NCBI GenBank assembly: GCA_977020255.1
Contig: CDROCS010002398.1
Location: 310,001 to 374,000, forward strand
Length of the DNA stretch: 64,000 nt
Reading direction: 5' to 3'
DNA from: Obrimoposthia wandeli
Lineage: Eukaryota
The notes beneath the pieces are model-generated. The model had not been told where the DNA came from, did no database searches, and saw only the letters and a list, made by a program, of their open reading frames with translations. Positions 58,628 through 64,000 of this stretch are shown here, piece after piece. The position numbers were made by a program, and so were the translations under genes. Position 1 is the first letter of the stretch. The number at the start of each line of letters is the position of its first letter.

Positions 58628-61600
58628 ATTACTTTATATAATTCATGGAGTCATATATAGGGATTTAGTGGCAGTAGTATGGTACTCGTGCAGACAAATT
58701 GGTGAATTTCAAAATTTAAATGGTAAGCCAGGAATCGCTAAATCAATAAATATTTTGAACAATCGATAATCTTAGTGGGTAAATTAAAAAATCCATTAAT
58801 AAAGTTCTAATGGATTATTTAAAACTTTAAATATTTTTGAACACTTTTGAATAAAACTCTTCATTCCTATTTGACTCTTTTCAGTTAAAACTGACAGCTA
58901 CAAAATTAATTTATACTACTTAAATACGTGTATTGAATATTTAGATTTTTTGAAGTAAAAAATGACTAAGACAGAAGTTGTATTAGAGCTCTATATATTC
59001 AACTTAAAGAAAAGCACTTGTGTAAGTGAATATTTAATGAAGCTCTCTTGGCTGTTGATCAATGTCAGAATTTAATTCAAGATCCTACATATTTCTATGA
59101 ACTTCTCTAGTTTGGTGCAGTGCGCATGTATATGCATCTAGGAGCAGCGATGATAACAGCAGATTTGTTAATAAATTCTCAAGTAACAAACAGAATGATG
59201 AAATATTTGAAATTTATGTTCAGAATTTTTACAACTTACCGAAGAATATAAAATACTGGAAAAATGTTGGAAAATTTAAGCTGAAGACTTTGCTATTCAA
59301 AAATATTACGAAAGAGGTGATTTCGAGATATAAGTCAAATTTATTAGATATTAGCGCCATATTAAATATATTATTGTTGTTACTCTAAATCATCAACCGG
59401 TTTTCTTCCTAATTTCTTTTTTGATATTAATTGTAATTTAAATGCACTAAAAATGCACCGATTGAGAAGCAAGTCCATCTTTAAAGTGTGTATGTCAGTG
59501 TGCCAAAATGTCAGCTGATTTTTTGATCATTTACTTTCTATTTGCAGCTTTGCTTATCGATTTTTGTTTATGACAATTAACTTCAAAACGATCTTTTATG
59601 GCTTGTTTCAAAATGACAATAATTTAAACTATACAATTAACAATATTTTTTTACTAACAAAATTTATATTTAAAATATGTTCCATTGAAATTGAAATTTT
59701 GATATATATTTAATTACAGTGTTTAATAAATCACTACTTTTACTTTCCCATTAAATAAAATGGTATATTTCTAGTTTAAATGTGTTAGCTTTTTTGGAAA
59801 ATGTTATTGAAGAAATTCAATATTGTCCGGATTTAGAAATATCAACATGGTCAGAAATCACATTTTTTATACAAAATACCGATTTGAAATAGATATGAAA
59901 CAGTATATTTAGGCATAACAGTTAATTATTAGGCACGATCTCTTACGAAATCATGATATGTTTGTATTGATTTCTATTAGTTTCCATAGTTGCAAACGTG
60001 AGCCAGGAATTTCAGCTTAGCGGCTAGAAAGATTAAAATTTCCTACTAACTCATTCAACTAACCCTGACTTATTTATAAAGGTTCTCTAAACATCGACAT
60101 TTCATAATCAGTATCTGAAATGTCATTTCTCATAATAATCTCTTCAGTATCGAAATCCGACATCATTTTTTTACAAATTAAGATACGTTTTGGTTAGCGC
60201 TTTCAGAAGGACAAACTAATCATGGAACAAAGGTAATAACAAAATTAATGATCTACACAATATCCTGTTCAAAATCTATGTAGATGCTATAAAAAGTATA
60301 AAACCTTTCTAATTTTCGAAAAAAAGATTCAAAGGTCTAAAGATATAAAATAATATAGTATATATTTCTATAAAGACAGTAAAAAAATAATTTATATTTT
60401 CAAAAAGGCCATAAAAAGTCAAAGTTAATGATATGAACAGTAAGAAAAGACAAATCGTCATCAGGGTGATTCATAGCACACGAAATGAATCACCAAGTTA
60501 GCAAGTTTATTGTAGCCCTTATATTAAAGAAATCTATGTTAAAATGTGGCAAACCAAAGAAGGATGCAGTTCTTACCAAAAATCACAAAATAAACCCAGC
60601 AAATTTTTTAAAAATATACTTTTAAATGGGATGAATATCACTAAAAGATCGCTAAACAATTGTATGAAAGCTTTATGAGTATTTAATTGAGTATTTTTAA
60701 AGTATTACGTTAAATTGAAAGTTTGACTGTTTTAGAGCTTAAAAAACTATTCGCCATTATATTTCTCTTTTGAGTTTATTTCGGTAAAATTTATAACTTT
60801 TATATAGTTCTGAAACACTTAGGAACAAACATGTTTTTTTTATTTTGAACCTATGGTGAATATAAGTATCTAAAGATGCCAGATGCCTGTATCAAAATTG
60901 TTTTATAGCGCGTCTGCAATTTGATCTAGAGTTCACAACAGATAAATAAGTTTGAAAATTTTCACAGTAAGAATTTTTTAACAAAACATTTAAAAGAAAA
61001 AATGTAAGAATTAAAAAAACAAACAATAATTTTGCATTGAACATTTTACGTTTAAATAAGTGCTGACATATTAATTTAACCTGAAACTGGTTGGTAGAGC
61101 ATATTTTAAGAAAAGTATCCTGCATAACAATTTTAAAAATCTGGTAACCCTATAAGTTTCATAACAAATTCCTTACAGTCTGATGTTTAAATTGAACATA
61201 ATTTTTATTTTAAAAATTTTCATGGAATTTCTTGTAAAAATTTAGTAAAATTGGAATATTTATTCCTGGGACAGGATCTATTCAATAGATGGATTTTAGA
61301 CATCAAGGATATAAGAATTATTAGAAAATTCTGGATAAATAAATACTGTTTGAGATTCTTTTGAAAAAAGGTCATTGACATTAATTAATTTTCTATGTTT
61401 TTTATACAGGCTTTGTCAAAAGTCTTTTTAGTACACAAATTAAATACAACCGTCAAATTGTGGAATTTTCTTGTTCCAAAACTCGGTATGGGATTACATA
61501 ATCTGTCAACTTTCATTGTCAATTGCTGGGTTGATGCAGAACAATAGGGAAAATTGCATTGTCTTTGTTGTTGTTTTTCGTATTTATAAGTTGTCATGGT

Positions 61601-61949
61601 AGAGGTCTTTTTCGTATAAGTTGTAAAATATCCTTTTACTTTCTGCACATTTTAGAATGAAACTGCACATGACATTCTTCACTAGCACATATGTCTTGCT
61701 GTGTAGTTGAATTGTACATAAATCGATTGATATAAGAAAATGAAGTGTATTAAATAAACTCTCATAGCACTTACTCCAAAAATCACGTTTCTTTCTGATG
61801 GGGTCAAAATGACACCATTAATATTATTCAAAACAGAAGTAAAGAATTTGGATTTTTTGTTTCTTTCAGAAGTAAAAGGTTAAAAAATATAAGTAAAAAA
61901 TGAAACCTTAGGTAAATTGTTTCAATAAGAAATATACATGTTTAAAATT

Positions 61950-62320
61950 AGTAAAATGGAAGCCTTCTACCACAACGATTCGACTGAAGATTATACTACT
62001 TAAGATCCTTGTAGCAATGAAGAAAAATGTTCCAGTTGCTCACAAGAGATGCGTCTCTCCAGCGAGGATGAACCCCGTCTCAAGGTTTCTGTTGACAAAG
62101 ATGGTGATGTGTGGTCTCACGAACCTTTTATAAATAAAAATAAAAATTATTGATACTGTAAGACAAAACAAGCAGTTTCTACCTGTATCTACAAATGTAA
62201 GAGCAAGATCAATATTATCTCAGAAGAACCGAAATCTTATTTTACTAAGTTCTATACAACCAAAAGGTGAATTCAATATGAAGAGAGAAGATAAGAAACC
62301 AGAAAGGTGCTGACGACAAT
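61950..62320 (+). pseudogene. Possible piggyBac-type transposase N-terminal remnant
   Basis: Acidic stretch, then VDKDGDVWS resembling the KDGxxW motif of PGBD proteins; degenerate. Confidence 0.3.
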
Positions 62321-64000
62321 TTAGAGAATTTAGTTCACACTTGTATATTTAATAAATTATATGAGGTTTCTAGGATTTATTTATGTTTTAAGAATAAAAA
62401 CTGTTTATAATTATTATGGGGTCATTTGTGATCCCATTAGTATTTATCGTAAAGTTTTTTAGAAATGCATAACTTTGAGATATATAGATTTTTAATTGTT
62501 TTCATGTGTTTCATTAAATATGAAATAGCTTAAAAGAAATATTTTTCAAGATATCTAAGAAAATTCTTCAACATTTAAGAATATATAAGAGATTTAGGAG
62601 GATTGGGATTGTTTTTGACTACATTAGTACTAAGAGGGGTAATTAATACTAAACTATAGTGAACGACAAAAAATTTCCGTCAAATATTTATTTTATTATA
62701 TAAGAAAAAATTCACTAAAATTATAAAATAAAAGAATATAGATAGAAAATTCAAGAAACAGTAAAAAAATCATAATACCAAAAATATTCTGCCATTACGT
62801 TTATACATCAGTAACCATTATTTACTAATAACTTCACTGTGCTTCGATAGTAATCAATTCCATATTGATCCATAAAGGGAAATTATATCTGCTCTTTATT
62901 GAGTATTTAACGCCTTAGTTGAAATTTATTTAGCACGTTTTAATTCCATTTTTCTTTAAAATATGGAAAATCATAAACTATAATCGACATTATTCAAATA
63001 TGGACTTTTTGAAATCTATTTCAAAGTATATAAACAACTTTCTTCGAAGAAATCTTCATCAGTCTGGTTTCAGATGCGAAATGTTATGAATACTAAATTA
63101 CAGTTCTGCTTGACAATAAAATAATTTTGCCATGTTTGATTTATTTATTTGCTAGATAATGAAAATGGTGTATAATTTGTGCATGCACCTATAAGTCAAC
63201 CTCCCTTCTTTAGCAGCTCTAATATAAGATAAATACATCGTCTTCTACGCAAGTATATACGGTAATACATAATTGCACTCATAAAATAAATATATAAGTT
63301 ATGTTTTATGAGACCACATAGACAGATTTAAATAAATTTTCTACCCTGAATTCAAAAATATGAATAATTTTTGTATCATATCATAATTTTTAAAAACCAT
63401 GGACGCAAAATTACAAATAAGCTATCATTTAATATAGACAAAAAAACATATAGATACACAAAGTACACAGAAAGATACTGTTATATAAACAATTAGGTAT
63501 GCTTTGGTACAGCCAAACCGCTGCATGGCTCTAGCCCCTCCGTTTTCGTCCCGAATACGTATAAAATCTTTTTTTTTATATATACTTTTCACACCCTTTC
63601 ACATTCCTTTGGTAATTATAAATCAAGACAATAATGCGCTACCAAATTCTGACAAAATTAACTGCATCAAAGTCCATCGTAGGACAGGAATAGATTTCAA
63701 TGTAAGTTGATTAAATAGCCTTCACACTCCAGTAGACAAAATCTCAAAATATGACACCTAAAAAATGTTAAAAAGTTTTAAAATCAGCACTAAAAATACT
63801 TATAGAATATTTTACTGAATTTTTGCAAAATAAAATCATGTTTAGTAGATTTATTGTAGGAAAATCTTTAAAATTGTAAATCCAGAAAAGATTGGTTGAC
63901 CAGTATGTGTCCGATTGTATTGCATTTGTCTATGCGGCTCTCCAGCAAAGACATTTGGTGAGCCTGACAGTCTAGGAGTTGACCTACTTGCAGCGGAGTC

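Overview
AT-rich eukaryotic (invertebrate-like) genomic DNA with roughly 40-nt spliceosomal introns, dominated by Polinton/Maverick (adintovirus-like) endogenous viral elements. Element A (1-11580, left end outside the window) carries ATPase, pVII-like core protein, integrase, penton, pX-like protein, hexon, adenain protease, a DEDD-like nuclease and pPolB, all on +. Element B (31941-47494) is complete, with AGTAGG...CCTACT ends and a 6-bp TATTAA target-site duplication. It has the same capsid module, an inverted and internally deleted pPolB module interrupted by a hAT MITE, and accessory genes including a TBP-like protein and a SIM-rich, exon-repeat protein. A third hexon/adenain relic (26855-28250) and a mini terminus (58391) are also present. 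Both main elements look defective (stops, frameshifts, catalytic mutations). The most unusual features are (i) about a dozen host-sized GT-AG micro-introns in the viral genes, one at a conserved position across diverged copies, (ii) the TBP-like gene, (iii) a conserved hidden myristoylation-motif ORF overlapping the integrase start, and (iv) a fold-back duplicated terminus inside arrays of AGGTCA half-sites. Host or other content: an ankyrin-repeat/RING gene, a C-type lectin-like remnant, a GPCR exon, two degenerate non-LTR retrotransposons, and mariner/hAT remnants. All family assignments come from motif recognition by eye; no database searches were run.
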